Positions 46,446 to 59,867 of a DNA stretch of 64,000 nucleotides are shown one piece after another. The notes beneath the pieces were generated by a model. The model was not told the DNA's origin. It ran no database searches and was given only the letters and a program-made list of their open reading frames with translations. Origin of the DNA: the human T2T-CHM13v2.0 reference genome, Homo sapiens; the NCBI RefSeq assembly GCF_009914755.1, contig NC_060942.1; one strand, written 5' to 3'. Position 1 is the first letter of the stretch; each line of letters begins with the position of its first letter. Both the position numbers and the translations under genes were made by a program.

Positions 46446-47478
46446 TGATACTTTGAATTTAGCTGAATGGGCTCTAAAATTTAGATATTCTTATCTTTTC
46501 TCAGCCAAATCATGGGAGGTGAGCATATTGCCTATATAGACTCTATTGAATATTATTTGAAAGCCCATTAAATTAAATAAACAAACCCTTGGCAACATGG
46601 GATTGCCGTGAATTTGACTTTTATCTTAATGTGTCAGGAAATAGTTGATGATATTTCCTCAACAATGACAAAGAAAATAAATTGAAATTAATTCTTTTTA
46701 GTTGATTAACTTCATGGCAATATACATATACTTCAGAGGTTCAAGATTTAGGGAAAATAAGCATCCGGTGAAGAAGAAATTGAAGAGAAAGACTTGGAAG
46801 AGGAGAACTCACAAATACAAGTGAGAGATGTTTTGACAGTAATGGGATATCAAGAACTGAATTGGCCCTGAAACTGTGTTCATTAAGTGTTGTGTGTTTC
46901 TTTGAGGTTTATTAAGACCCTGGAGAGGAAACGAACACATTTCAACACAGAGAAATAAAAATGCTCATTTAGGACTATAACATGTCTCCCCTGAGTTTTT
47001 TTAAATGTTATTTTTGACACACTTTTTTGGCATTTTGACACGCCGTTGTTACAGATCCAGTCACAGCACAGTACTTCCATTAGACAAAAACAACAGCATT
47101 TTTATTTCTCTAAGTGAAAGAGTTTGAAGTGAGATTTGAACTGACTTTCAAGAACTCTTCAGTGCAGTGAAAGAGTTGAGAAGATAAGACTGAGACGATG
47201 TTTGTGTGAAGAGAGGCAGGTAGGTCCCTAGCTCCTTCTCTAGGAACCCAGTCACTGTCAGCTGAGTTACTGTGCGGGACAAAATCCCAATAGCAGCACA
47301 GCCTTGACCTTGTTCTCAGGCGCTTTGGAAAGAAAACCTCACACAGGTACTGTACATGCGCCGGGAGCTGGAGGGAGTTTGGCTTTTTGCCAGGCAAGAA
47401 ACTCTGTAGCATCTCAAGGTTGTTGTCCAGACAACTGTAATCCAAAGTCTCTGGTAACAGCCAGGAATAGGGGCGTCA

Positions 47479-47638
47479 GCCTGTAGTCCCAGCTACTCAG
47501 GAGGCTGAGGCGGGAGGATTGATTGAGCCCAGGAAGTTGAGGCTGCCGTGAGTTGTGATTGTGGCACTATGCTCCAGCCTGGGTAACAGAGCAAAACCCT
47601 GTCAAAAACAAACAACAAACAAACCAAACAAACAAACA
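47479..47638 (+). mobile_element. Alu right arm (FRAM/AluJ)
   Basis: gcctgtagtcccagctactcaggaggctgagg... plus CAAA tail. Confidence 0.88.
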
Positions 47639-47904
47639 TTCCCTGATAAGACTTAGGACAGATCTTGAGGAAATTTGGAAAGCAGAGAAGCCATTTCTTC
47701 AGTGTTTCAGGGATATCTAATCTTTGAAGCCAACTCTCACCCTGCTCCTTAATTTCTTCTCTTCTTTTCTTTCTCCTTTCCCTTTAATTTCTGCTCACCT
47801 GTAGGTAAAATAGAGTATGAGACACTGAAAGTTACTAAGAGATCCGTAGTACGTGTCAGTCCTGGTGAGGAATCACTGAGGCCCTTGAGCCCACGTCTAC
47901 CTCT

Positions 47905-48062
47905 CACACAGTTACACCTGGAAAATGTCCTTGACTTTCTTGAGCCTCAATTTCCCAATTTATAAAATGGGGATAAAGATATCTACCTGGTGGGGTTATT
48001 GTGAGGCTTTCTGCACCTGAAACAATGTTTAGCATGAAGTAGTTGTTCAACTGATGTTAGTT
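47905..48062. mobile_element. MIR
   Basis: ttgagcctcaatttcccaatttataaaatggggataa. Confidence 0.75.
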
Positions 48063-48248
48063 CCTCCTTTCTTTTTCCCTTATTTAGGAGAAATGAGACA
48101 TAAGCATATGAAAAAGTAATTAGCCTTCAAAGAATATTTGCATATACAACAATTTTTGATCTAGATCCTGTTTACCAAAGCAAACTGTGGCTTTGGAAGA
48201 TTAAATGAATGATTTTCTATAGTGACACATACCCCAGTCTACTCACTA

Positions 48249-48616
<368 letters not shown>

Positions 48617-48689
48617 CTAAAGAAAAAAAATACACGTAAAAATAAATAGATGGGATTAAATAAACAAGAATTGACTAAAATAGGGGTCT

Positions 48690-48890
48690 CCTGCAGTCAG
48701 ACGATCTGGGCTCAAATCCTGGCTTGGCTTCACACTCTTGGGTGAGCTGTTTAATCTTCTGAGCCTCATTCTTCTCATCTGTGAATGGGGATGACCATGG
48801 GGGCTGATAAGAGGAGGATTAACTGGAGCAATGACTATAAGCCAAGTAGACAGGATCTGGCATGGCACGGACACTTAGTGTTAGCTGTTA
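48690..48890. mobile_element. MIR
   Basis: ctgggctcaaatcctggct...ctgagcctcattcttctcatctgtgaatggggat. Confidence 0.8.
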
Positions 48891-49809
48891 TTAACAATAC
48901 AGAATGTAATTATCAGTCAAGTTGGCTGTTTGCATGTTTGTAAGGGAACAAGGATAAGGCAAAAGATCCTAACACAATTCAGGGTATTTTTCCACACAAG
49001 TCCTGACTGTTCCAGAAGGTGTTAGGGCATTTGGGAGATTGCTGTTCGGAAGGGATTTAACCAATGGCTGACATCCCTGCTTCCTCCCCCAACTTCACCC
49101 CCACGCTGTAGATCAGTGCCAGCTCTGTGCATGAAGCATTAGTCATACTGTCTTTTTACACAGCAGTTAACCTTACTTGTCACTGCTTCCGGTGGGAGAT
49201 CAAGAGCATTGAAATTACGGAGGTGGCACCATAAATCATGGTCACTTCTTGACATGGCCAGACAAAGCAGCTGGAAAGAGCCTTGCTGCAATGTCAGTTC
49301 AAAGTTGAAATGTAAAGTTTTAACATATGAATTTTCTCTCTCTTTTTATTGTCATCCTGATTTTTCCTTGTTCCCTCATGACTCAAAGGAGCGCACGGGA
49401 GATTGAACTGGCAGCTTGGTGGGTTAATCACCATGCATGGTTTTTCTTTCTTTCTTTTTTTCTGCCCTCCAAGTGGGAACATGGTGATTTAAGAATGAAA
49501 TAATTGAGCAAATCTAACTTGGTATAGTGAAAGAGCTGTTTTCACCTGCGAAATCTCAAGTTTCAGCATCTAATTTTAAACACAAAAACTCTTAGAAGGT
49601 AAGCTCCATGAAGGATGTATCCAAGGCCTTGCACCCTGCCTAGGACATGCAGACACTTATCAGATATTTGTGAAATTCATGGATGACAGCTCTGGCTTTC
49701 TGTCTTTCTCATTGCTTTAGTTTCTCCTATTCTTTTACCAAGACTTCCTCACCTGAACCCTCAAGTGCCCCCAAGATATCAATTAGTGAAACACCTCTGG
49801 AAGAGTTGT

Positions 49810-50193
49810 TAATATGGTTTGGCTCTGTGTCCCCACCCAAATCTCATCTTGAATTGTAATTCCCACGTGTCAAGGTAGGGACCTGTAATACCTACATGTC
49901 TAGGGAGGCAGGTAATTGGATCATGGCATCGGTTTCCCCCATGCTGTTCTCGTAATAGTGAGTGGGTTCTCAAGAGATCTGATAGTTTTATAAGTGTTTG
50001 GAAGTTCGTCCTTTGCACTTCTCTCTCCTACTGCCTTGTGAAGAAGATGCCTGCTTCCCCTTCCGCCATGATTGTTAAGTTTTCTGAGGCTTCCCCAGCC
50101 ATGCAAAACTGTAAGTCAATTAAACCTCTTTCCTTCATAAGCTACCCAGTCTCAGAAAAGTTCTTTACAGCAGTGTGAAAATGGACTAATGTA
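49810..50193 (+). mobile_element. THE1D/MSTA-like solo LTR
   Basis: atatggtttggctctgtgtccccacccaaatctc...gaaaatggactaat; TSD gttgt / gttga. Confidence 0.9.
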
Positions 50194-50569
50194 GTTGACT
50201 TTCTGGATTCAGTTCTTTTCAGTTCAGCTGCCATGACCTAGGACCTTAACTATAAACTTGTCCTTTCTGAGGGCTTAGGATCCTGACCTGTCTCTATTTA
50301 GTATCCTGTTTTCTTGTTTCCTCATGTTAGGCAATTGGATTTTATGAAAGCTATACATCTCTTCCCAGATTAATGCACATCCAGATGAGGTGCATATAGC
50401 TTGGTCCATGATTTTTTTGGAACTTTTGGGGACACACTCATGAATCCAAGTCAAAGACCATGCCTTTTGTAATTGCTTGTTTAATTATCCGTAGCTGCCA
50501 CCAAGCTCTCCTCTCCTTGAGGGCGGGGAATAGGTTTTCCTCAACTTCTATCCATTTCTCAACCCACTA

Positions 50570-51070
50570 CAATTAGGTTGTCATCTCAAAACTACCCTTC
50601 AGAAGTGGGTAGAAGTGCTCTCCAGGCCGCCAACTGCCCGAGCCATTCCCAATTCCTGTAGTTGGTCATTATTACTCACTCTTTTCTTCTCTCCTTTTCT
50701 TGGCTCTCACGACACCATTCTGCCTTTATTCTGCTAGCTCTTGGATGCTTTCTTCTTCGTTTCTTCCCTGGCTTCTCTTTGTCTTCTCTACCCCTGAATG
50801 CTCATCTTCCTAAGGGCTCTAGTCCCACTCCCCCTTTCCTCACATTCTACATCCCCTTTCTGAGGAAGTGCATCTCAGTTCTTGGTTTCCATCACTATGT
50901 GTCCGCTGCCAATAACCAGGGCATATCCCAGCCCAGACCTCACTCCTGAACACCCCCTCATCCCTCTACAGTCACTTGTGGGATGGCTCCACTGGCTTGT
51001 CTTTAGGACCTTATGTTCAACATGTCCATTGGGAGAGAACACATCTTCTTCACTCCTGATGTTTTCTTCT
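50570..51070 (+). mobile_element. L2 fragment
   Basis: Pyrimidine-rich L2 ORF2-like tract (cctaagggctctagtcc, ccagcccagacctcactcctgaac). Confidence 0.65.
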
Positions 51071-51980
51071 ATGGGAAGTCATGTGCATTAGTACAACACT
51101 TTCAGCCTCTTTGTATTCCCTCTCCACTTTGGAGAGGAGAAAACTCCCTGATTGGCGAGCTGCTCTTGGAGAGCATGTGGTCTTGGTTCCTCTTGAACTT
51201 CAGGAGGCTTAGTGGGAAAGTCCTTGCACTACCATGGGAGGTAAAGGGCACCCAGTCCTCCCAGGGTGGGGAGGACAAGCAGCAGTCTAATTCGGGGCTC
51301 AACCTGAGCGAATCCACTGGCCTGCAGGTATACACTGTGTTCTATAATATCAACCTTATTTTAAATAATGGGGATGTTTTAATTTCCTATTTGCTTTACT
51401 GTTTTATTTTTTTAGTGGTTCAGAAGTCAGGGCTTAGAAAAAGCACATTACTTGGCTGGGGATGGGGTGGGAGTAGGGGTGGAGAGGACTTTCAAGTGCT
51501 CGTATTACCCTAAACTGAACTAATTATGTTCTTGTGCTTTTTCTCTGGAATCTGCCTCTTTTCTGGTTCCTCTTATTTTTCTCAATGCCAGACCTCTTTT
51601 TTCTTCCAGTGATCCTTCTAGAGCTTAGCTACCTGCCAGAAAATTTTTCTGAAAATGTCCTTAATTTGTGTTAATGGAAAAACAGGGAGATTTCACTCCC
51701 CATTCTGTCTCAGGAATACAAAAGGTCACACAGGCTCTGTTTAATGCTTATGGAGGGAAGAAAAGAAAGACTTCTCGGTCATTGCTGTCACCTGGAATTA
51801 ACTGAGCAAAATTTGTCTAGCTACGATGAAGCAGTCCAAAAGAAGTAGAAAATAGAGATCCTGCTCTCATGAAGTTTATCATTTAAGGAGGAGGACTGTG
51901 TCAACAAGAGATACCTAAGATCACAAATAATGCTAAAATACTGAGATACACAGGAGAGCTATGATAACAATTTCAAATTA

Positions 51981-52302
<322 letters not shown>

Positions 52303-53069
52303 TGCTGAAGTGATTGGATGGGGTTGGCTCCTAGCACGTAGAACTACAGTTATTATCATTTATGGAAAAGATTAGTGTATTGTTGGAATAGGTCAAGAGA
52401 CCTGACTCACTTTTGCCTTTTACATTCAAATAAATTGTTTTGTACTCCAAGACCTTTTAATTTAAACTCTGTCCTGCTTCTGTGCAGTTTTAGATGCCCT
52501 GGTTGGCTTATTGTATAAATATGGGCTTAGTTTCTATTTTGTTTTATTCTTTCCTAAACTTTATATACATCCTGACATAACTCTTGCAGGTGTAAATTCA
52601 TTCTGTAAGCAACAAGAAATATCACATTCTATGTTTTCTTTAAACTAATGTAAATCTGTTGCAGAGCCCCTATCCACCGGGCTGTCTAGAAATTCAATAT
52701 TGGCCATTGCTGAGGCTGCCTGTGGGATCCTACCCCTGAATAGTGCAAAGGATTTGGGCATTAGAGCCTGAGCATCAGGGATGACCATCTGGTCATTGGC
52801 CACCAGCCTATTCCTGTAACCACAGAAATTCTTAGTGTCCCCGCCTTCAGATCGGGAGGCTCTGCTACTTGTGTGCCATGTCTTTGGGCCCAGGAATCCC
52901 GAAGGAGGCCGAGGCATCATTGTACTTAGGTCTGTCCTCTCTAGGTGTCTCCCAGAGCAACACCTTCAAGGTCTTATCACCTCCCTGGGTACTCCCTGAA
53001 ACGGGTGTGGATGTGAGCTTCCCACAGGACTTATATGCCTCTCTTCATTCTCCAAAATATGTTTCTCTG

Positions 53070-53472
53070 TGTTATGGGCTGAACTTTGGGCTCCTCCAAA
53101 TTCGTATGTTGAAGTGCTACAGCACCTTAGAATGTGACTGTTTTTGCAGATAGGGCCTTTAAAGAGGTAATTAAGTAAACATGAGGTCATCCATGTGGGC
53201 CGTAATCCAATAAGCTTGGTGTCTTTGTAAGAAGGGGAGATTAGAACACAGGGAGAGACACCAGACAGATGCAGCCCAGAGAGATGAGCATGTAACACAC
53301 AGCAAGAATGCAGCCACCAGGCAAGCCAAGGAGAGAGCCTTCAGAAGAAACCAACCCTGCCGACACCTTGACCTCAGACTTCCAGCCTCTAAAACGGTGA
53401 GAAAATAAATCTCTGTTGTTTAAGCTGCTCAGTCTGTGGCCTTAGTTATAGCAGTCCTAGAAAATTGATATA
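53070..53472 (+). mobile_element. MLT1B-like solo LTR
   Basis: tgttatgggctgaa...agaagaaaccaaccctgccgacaccttga...; 5-bp TSD ctctg. Confidence 0.9.
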
Positions 53473-54039
53473 CTCTGTATCTTAAAACAAAACAAAACAA
53501 CGCAGGCTTTTACAAAAAAATTGGCTCCAAGTAGACTCTAAGTAGCTTATATTTTCTCAAATTTCTGTGGCAAGAACAGTAAGGACCTTGCTATTTGGAG
53601 GGGGATGGTGCAGCGGAGGACGAGAGGAATATTCCTTGAGAACCCAGGCAAATTGGTATCTCAGTAAATTGTCCTTCCATGGGCTGGTTTCTGTTTGCCC
53701 ACTGCTCCTGCCTGGTTTTCTTCTTGTGACAGAACAGATCTCCTTGCCTTATCGACCTAGTACCTACTTATCTACCTCCACCCCATCCTCTTGAAGCACT
53801 TATTTGCCTGGTGCAAAATTCCAGATATGTAACTCTCCTTTAACTGATTCATATTGGCGGGATTAGAAGATTTGAGGGCAATGACACACTAGAGCCAAAA
53901 AGGACTTCTGACCACACTTGTGTCCCAGGAGGTGAGGGGGGTTTTAAAGGATTTGTCCTGAACATGATTTGTCAAAGATTGTTTTATAGAAACATCCTCA
54001 ATATTTATTGAGGCTCTGGCCGATCTGTGACCCAAGTGA

Positions 54040-54131
54040 GTCAATTGATTGTTGAGCCCAGTTTCCACATTCATATTAAAAGTCATTTGATTGTTGAGCC
54101 CAGTTTCCACATTCATATTAAAAGTCAATTG
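54040..54131. repeat. 42-bp tandem duplication
   Basis: gtca(a/t)ttgattgttgagcccagtttccacattcatattaaaa x2. Confidence 0.95.
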
Positions 54132-55734
54132 GAAAAGACAGGATTTCCAAGCAGTTTATAACCTGCTTTATTTCCCTTCCTTTCTACCAACCCGTGATTT
54201 TGGTAACTTTATTACTCTGATTGGAAAAAATTGTTGTCTAATGATATTAAAATGTGCAGCTACTGATAAACTGTGACCAGTTCTTGGCTTTTTGCAAGAG
54301 CTGGGAATATCAGGTGTCATTAAATATTTTATCTCCCTTCCTTCATGCTATGACTTTAATACTGTGTTCAAAGATCATTACTCAGTAATGCTGGCAAGGC
54401 TCCCCTCCTTTGAAGACATTCTTTACAAGAGCATGTAATATTCATTATTACTCTCAGTTGCCTGCTTTTTTCCATGATATGTCCTCTCCCCCCCAAAAAA
54501 GGTTTCACTGAGGGTGAATTATTCTAGGTAGGACTTAAGCACTATAGGAAGCTACGAGTAAAACAATCTAGAGTTTGCACAATTTTCCATGAACATTGGC
54601 AGGGTGTATTTTAGAGCAAAATGTGTTTTTATGGCACTGCAGGTCCTGATTCATGTGAAGTCTTCTTCAATCTGGGGGCTGGTGCTCCAAGGTTATACAC
54701 AACTTTCAAAGAGTGGGTTTTTAGGGCGGCTAGACCTTTATCTATACGATGGGAGAGTTAGCAAGCATGCTACAGAAAGGGGACCAAAAAGCATGTAATA
54801 AAACTGTAAGACACAAGGAGTAAGAAGGAAAAACGTTTGCAGCTCTATGAGTCACTGGATGGTGTCTCCAAGTTTTCCTCCCTAGTGATTATTTTTAACA
54901 ATGAGAACCATCCATGTCTTACTTGAGAGGGCTTAGGCGTTCCCTTGATAAAGGTTAGGAAGATGAAAAAAATGAATTCAGATGCTGTTGAGGTCCCTCC
55001 TTAGGAGGCACCACCAGAGAGATTACTCTCAGGTCTTGACATCCAACCAGGCTGCTCTTGAACAGTTTACTTTCAGTCTCACAACGGATGGTCTTTCTGT
55101 CATCTCTTTGGCCATTAGGCAGCTTAAATGAACTCTCCAGGGTCACTTCTTGTACCTGGACAGGGCCCCATGTTATGTTTGTCTGCATTCTGATCTTACC
55201 TCTGATTTTTACTAACTTTCTATTCTCATTTGTCTTTGCCCTGATTCCTTCAACTATTTTATTCTTTTGTGATGTATATACTTTTGTAAGTTGGCTGAAA
55301 TCCTTTGTGGATTGAGGTGAGGGTAAATATAGGCAAAGGAGGAAAATGAATTATGGAGTTTCCATTGCACCTGACACTTCTGTGTAATAGGATATTGGGA
55401 GATTAGGCACGATGAGGGATGTCTCTTTCCAAAGTATTTTGTGTTTTGTTCTTATAGGCACTTGTAGGTATTTTTGGACCTTAAAATTGGAACACATGTT
55501 CTTAGATAGGGTCTACCATAATAGCAACAGGATAGAATATTTGGAACAGTTCTGCTAAATAGAGGATGAATAATCTATTCATTATTATGAATAGATTAAA
55601 TAATACATAAAGAGCAAAGGAGAATTCAGGGAAGTAAGAGAAACAATATACATTTCTACAATTTAAAAGGGTTTAAGTTTTATTTTACAAGCTGCAGATA
55701 AAGTAATTATAAAATTCATAACACTAAATTGCTA

Positions 55735-56142
<408 letters not shown>

Positions 56143-57499
56143 TTACTACTTTTCCACGCGAATAGATAGTACATTTTGAGATGTATTCTGTATCTATTCC
56201 TCAAACTATCAGGTCTGAAATCTGAAATCCTTTATGATCGTGCTTGTTCTCCTTTCAAGAACAAATTGAGGCAGGATAAATGCAACACCCCTGGATGCGA
56301 TCAGTTGGATTTAACTCATGCCAGGACAGAGAGGCTGGTTTTGGCTTGCTGTTGGCAACTGGGCATTTCAGCTCTAATTTTGATTTTCATGAAGCACAAG
56401 TTATTTTTCTCTTGGTTTTTGTTTTTTGACACAGAGTAGAGGTAAAGGAGTGCTTTTCACCACCTTCCCATGCACACAGGAGACTCAGCGTGGTTCGATC
56501 TGCATTCCAGTGCACTGTCTCAGCCTTCTCCTGAGGGTTCTGGAGTTAATGAACTAAGTCAAAATCTCTGAGCAAAATGATTTCTGTCTCTGGAGGTAGA
56601 GGATGCCATGTGGGATGCTGCCCAGATATGAAACAATGATCCTGTGTCCCAACAGCAGAAAGGTTTGCTCAGGCTCTGAGTGAGAGCCGGTGTGAAAACC
56701 TTAATGCTAAAATGTAAAAGGCTTTGCGTGCACTCTGTTGAAATGCAGCTCTCCATCCTAAGTAACATTTTAGGCAGCATATTGGCAATACAAAACATTT
56801 GAATAAAATCACTGATGGTATTAGTCACCATCCACCCCTTTCCCTGAGTCTTTAGGGATGTGCGTGCATGAAGTGCAAGCAAAATAACCTTAATCTAATC
56901 ACCTCTGGAGATTGAGAGGCGTGTGCTCATATAAATGTCAAGTTGGGACATAATTTAGCTGATCTCTGGGGTTTATCACTATTGCCAGACTTCCTCTTTA
57001 TTTGATCTGGTGAAGCAAATTAAATGTGTCTCTTTAGTTCTAAACCAGGTAAGGAAAGGAGACTAGAATTTGTGAATTTCTTATTTGGATACAATAATCA
57101 TGCAGCCAGTCCTGATTTATGGAGGCAGCAAGGTCCACTGTGTGTGTTTGGGAGCCGCAGAAAGGAACCAAGGGCCAATTATCTTGGCCTACCTGTTATC
57201 TACTAGTTGGAGATTATCTCCTTGACAACACTACTAGATGTACTAAAGGCTGTGGAGCAGAGGTTAATTGCAAAACAAAAATAAAGCTGTACTTAAATAT
57301 TAGAGGAGAAAATTCTCTTTGTGTACACCTGGCCCTGGTCATTATTCTCAGCCCTGTGAGAGCCAAACCTCCAGGTAGTGCATTTGAGATGCTTAGATAA
57401 GGAGAGCTCATCCAGAAACACCCTGACCTCTGGTAAAGACAATAGCTTTTTGCCACAATTTAGGAATATCAGGGCTCGATCTTGATAGAATAGTGTAGG

Positions 57500-57703
57500 C
57501 ATCATTTTTAGCTGGGGTGATTTTCCTCCCAGAGGACATTTGGCAATGTCTGCAGATATTTTTGGTTGTCACGTTGGGGGGATGGTATCTAGTGAGTAGA
57601 GACCAGGGATGTTGCTAAAAACCCTGCAACACACAGGACAATTGCCCCACAACAAAGATTTACTTAGCCTAATAGATCAATAGTGCAAAGGCTGAGAAAC
57701 TTA
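57500..57703. mobile_element. MER20 (hAT-Charlie)
   Basis: ggacatttggcaatgtctgcagatatttttggttgtcac...tcaatagtgcaaaggctgagaaac. Confidence 0.9.
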
Positions 57704-58799
57704 GGTCTGGTGGAACATTTATATATATATATATTTTAAACATACAGCATTTACTGAACTAAATGGATAAAAAAGAGATCTGTCTCATTTTTCTAAACAA
57801 ATGCAAGTTATATGATAACTGGGTTATTAACATTCTACATGCACCTCAGAGACAAATGGTCAGCTGTGCAGTCTTTTCACTAGATCACTAAACAGCAAAG
57901 CAAAAACGTTATCCTAAAATTGCAGAACATACATATCCTTCTAATGGCATGGAAGAAATAAAAAAAAGCATACAGAGGTCCTTTTCACAATATGAAATAG
58001 ACATATCCAAAATTTCAGTTTGCAGCACTCTTAATCCTATGCCCCCTAAACTACATTTTAGGTATAGTTACAAATATCTGTTCCAATCATGTCAATATTC
58101 ATAAGAACATATTTCAACTTCCTCTATATGTAGACCCAGAAGGGAACATTTTTAGTGTGATGCGATATTGCATAAAGCAGTTGATGCCTTGGAAGTGGAT
58201 CACTCCATAAAGTAGTGCTGTAAATATTTTTATTCAGTACACCAAGTTTCAGTTGACAGGTCCCTACACTCCTTTGCCTCTGCTGAGGCATGCACATTTC
58301 TTCTACAGCCCCTGCCTCTGTAGCAACTGCTTGCTGCATAAACAATCTCTATGTAGCACGGCAAAGACTTAAAATAACCACCAACGCCTTCTAGTCATAC
58401 AGAAACGAGTCCCCTTCATATGTAACCAACTTGTATAACTGACTTCCAAAATAGAATAGCTGTTTTGTTTTTCATTTATTTTGATCCTGCATTTTGGTTT
58501 CAAGAGGAGTTATTTCTATTTAGCAATGACTGCTCTGTGGTATAAACTAGATATGAATGTATGTGACTGTTGACTTTATTCTTTGATCAGTGTTGACACT
58601 TTTTAGCTATTTATTTTTTGATCCTAGCACTTGCTAGCTTATTTTAGTTTTAAAGGCTAAGCTCGTGTGAAGTCAGCCTGGGACCAGTGTTGCTTGGCAT
58701 CTTATGTGGAGAACAGCTTAACTGCATTTGCCCTTATCCTAGTGATGTGCAATAGAGCTCCCATTCCCATGAGACTTGGGGCCAATTAAGCAACTCAAA

Positions 58800-58990
58800 C
58801 AGGGAGGCAGCATAGCATGGTGATTAGATGTACTGCTTTTAGAATTGTGGCTCCAACACATGGTTAATTGTGTGGATATTGAGCAAGTTACTTAGTCTAT
58901 CTGAGCCTGAGTCTCTTCATAATAGAATGAGAGATCATAATACTGCTTGGGTGGTCATGGGGATTAGTAAGGGCTCAATAAATGGTAGCT
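58800..58990. mobile_element. MIR
   Basis: ggaggcagcatagcatggtg...ttgagcaagttacttagtctatctgagcct. Confidence 0.75.
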
Positions 58991-59614
58991 TTAAGACAAT
59001 GAGAGATGCTATGTCATTCATTGGAGACCTCTCTTCCTCCACCTTCCTTCCTTACCTTGATGAGAAATCTTGGTCAGGAGTGAGAGCTGGGTTCCAAGTC
59101 TTTCATAGCCTGGTCATCCCTTCCCTATATCCATTGAGGAAGTGGTCAACTTAGTCTTGTTCCACTAATCTGTGTGATCTGCAAATTCTCGTGTCTGCTT
59201 TTTGCCAAAAGGCAGAAATCACAGGCCCTTCTTGCTACCAAAGTGCTGGTATTTCTTCACACCTCAGTTACCCCAGGACCTGAATGCTCTCTTGGTGAGC
59301 TTAAATCATCACTTTCTTCTGCCGGCCTTTTGGGCTCCAAGGTTTCACCTCTGCTTACTCTGCTCACACCAGGGCCGTCCCAGGGCCTGGTCATCGTTCT
59401 CATCATGGTCACGTGGTAGGCCTTGTTTCTGGCATTATCAAGAATCTGGTGACCTTCAAAGATCTGCCTGACACCGGATTCTCTCTTGCATTTCACTCTG
59501 CACTTCGAAGGCCAGTTCTCTATCCAATCCTTCATTATTTTGTCGGTAAATGGCATGGGTTGGCCCACATTTGGATGTGATTGATAATTGGAAGCAGCTT
59601 CTGTTGTTTTCCCC

Positions 59615-59867
59615 TCTTTTTTCTTTTTAGAGACAGGGTTTCAGTCAAGCGATCCTCCTGCCTCAGCCTCCCAAGTAGCTGGTATGTGCTGCTGTGTGTA
59701 CACAGGTGTCTGCCACTGTGTCTGGCTAATTTTTAAAAATTTTTCATAGTGACAGGGTCTCACTATGTTGCCCAGGCTGGTCTTGAACTGCTGGGCTCAA
59801 CTCCTGGGTTCTTCTGCCTTGGTCTCACAAAACTCTGGGATTACAAGCATGAGCCATGGTGTCCAGC
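59615..59867 (-). mobile_element. Rearranged Alu (J-type)
   Basis: Antisense Alu with deletion and short inserts. Confidence 0.85.

Noticed and set aside
51013-51513. 166-aa ORF
   Set aside because: Starts in an L2 remnant, no recognisable domain or exon context
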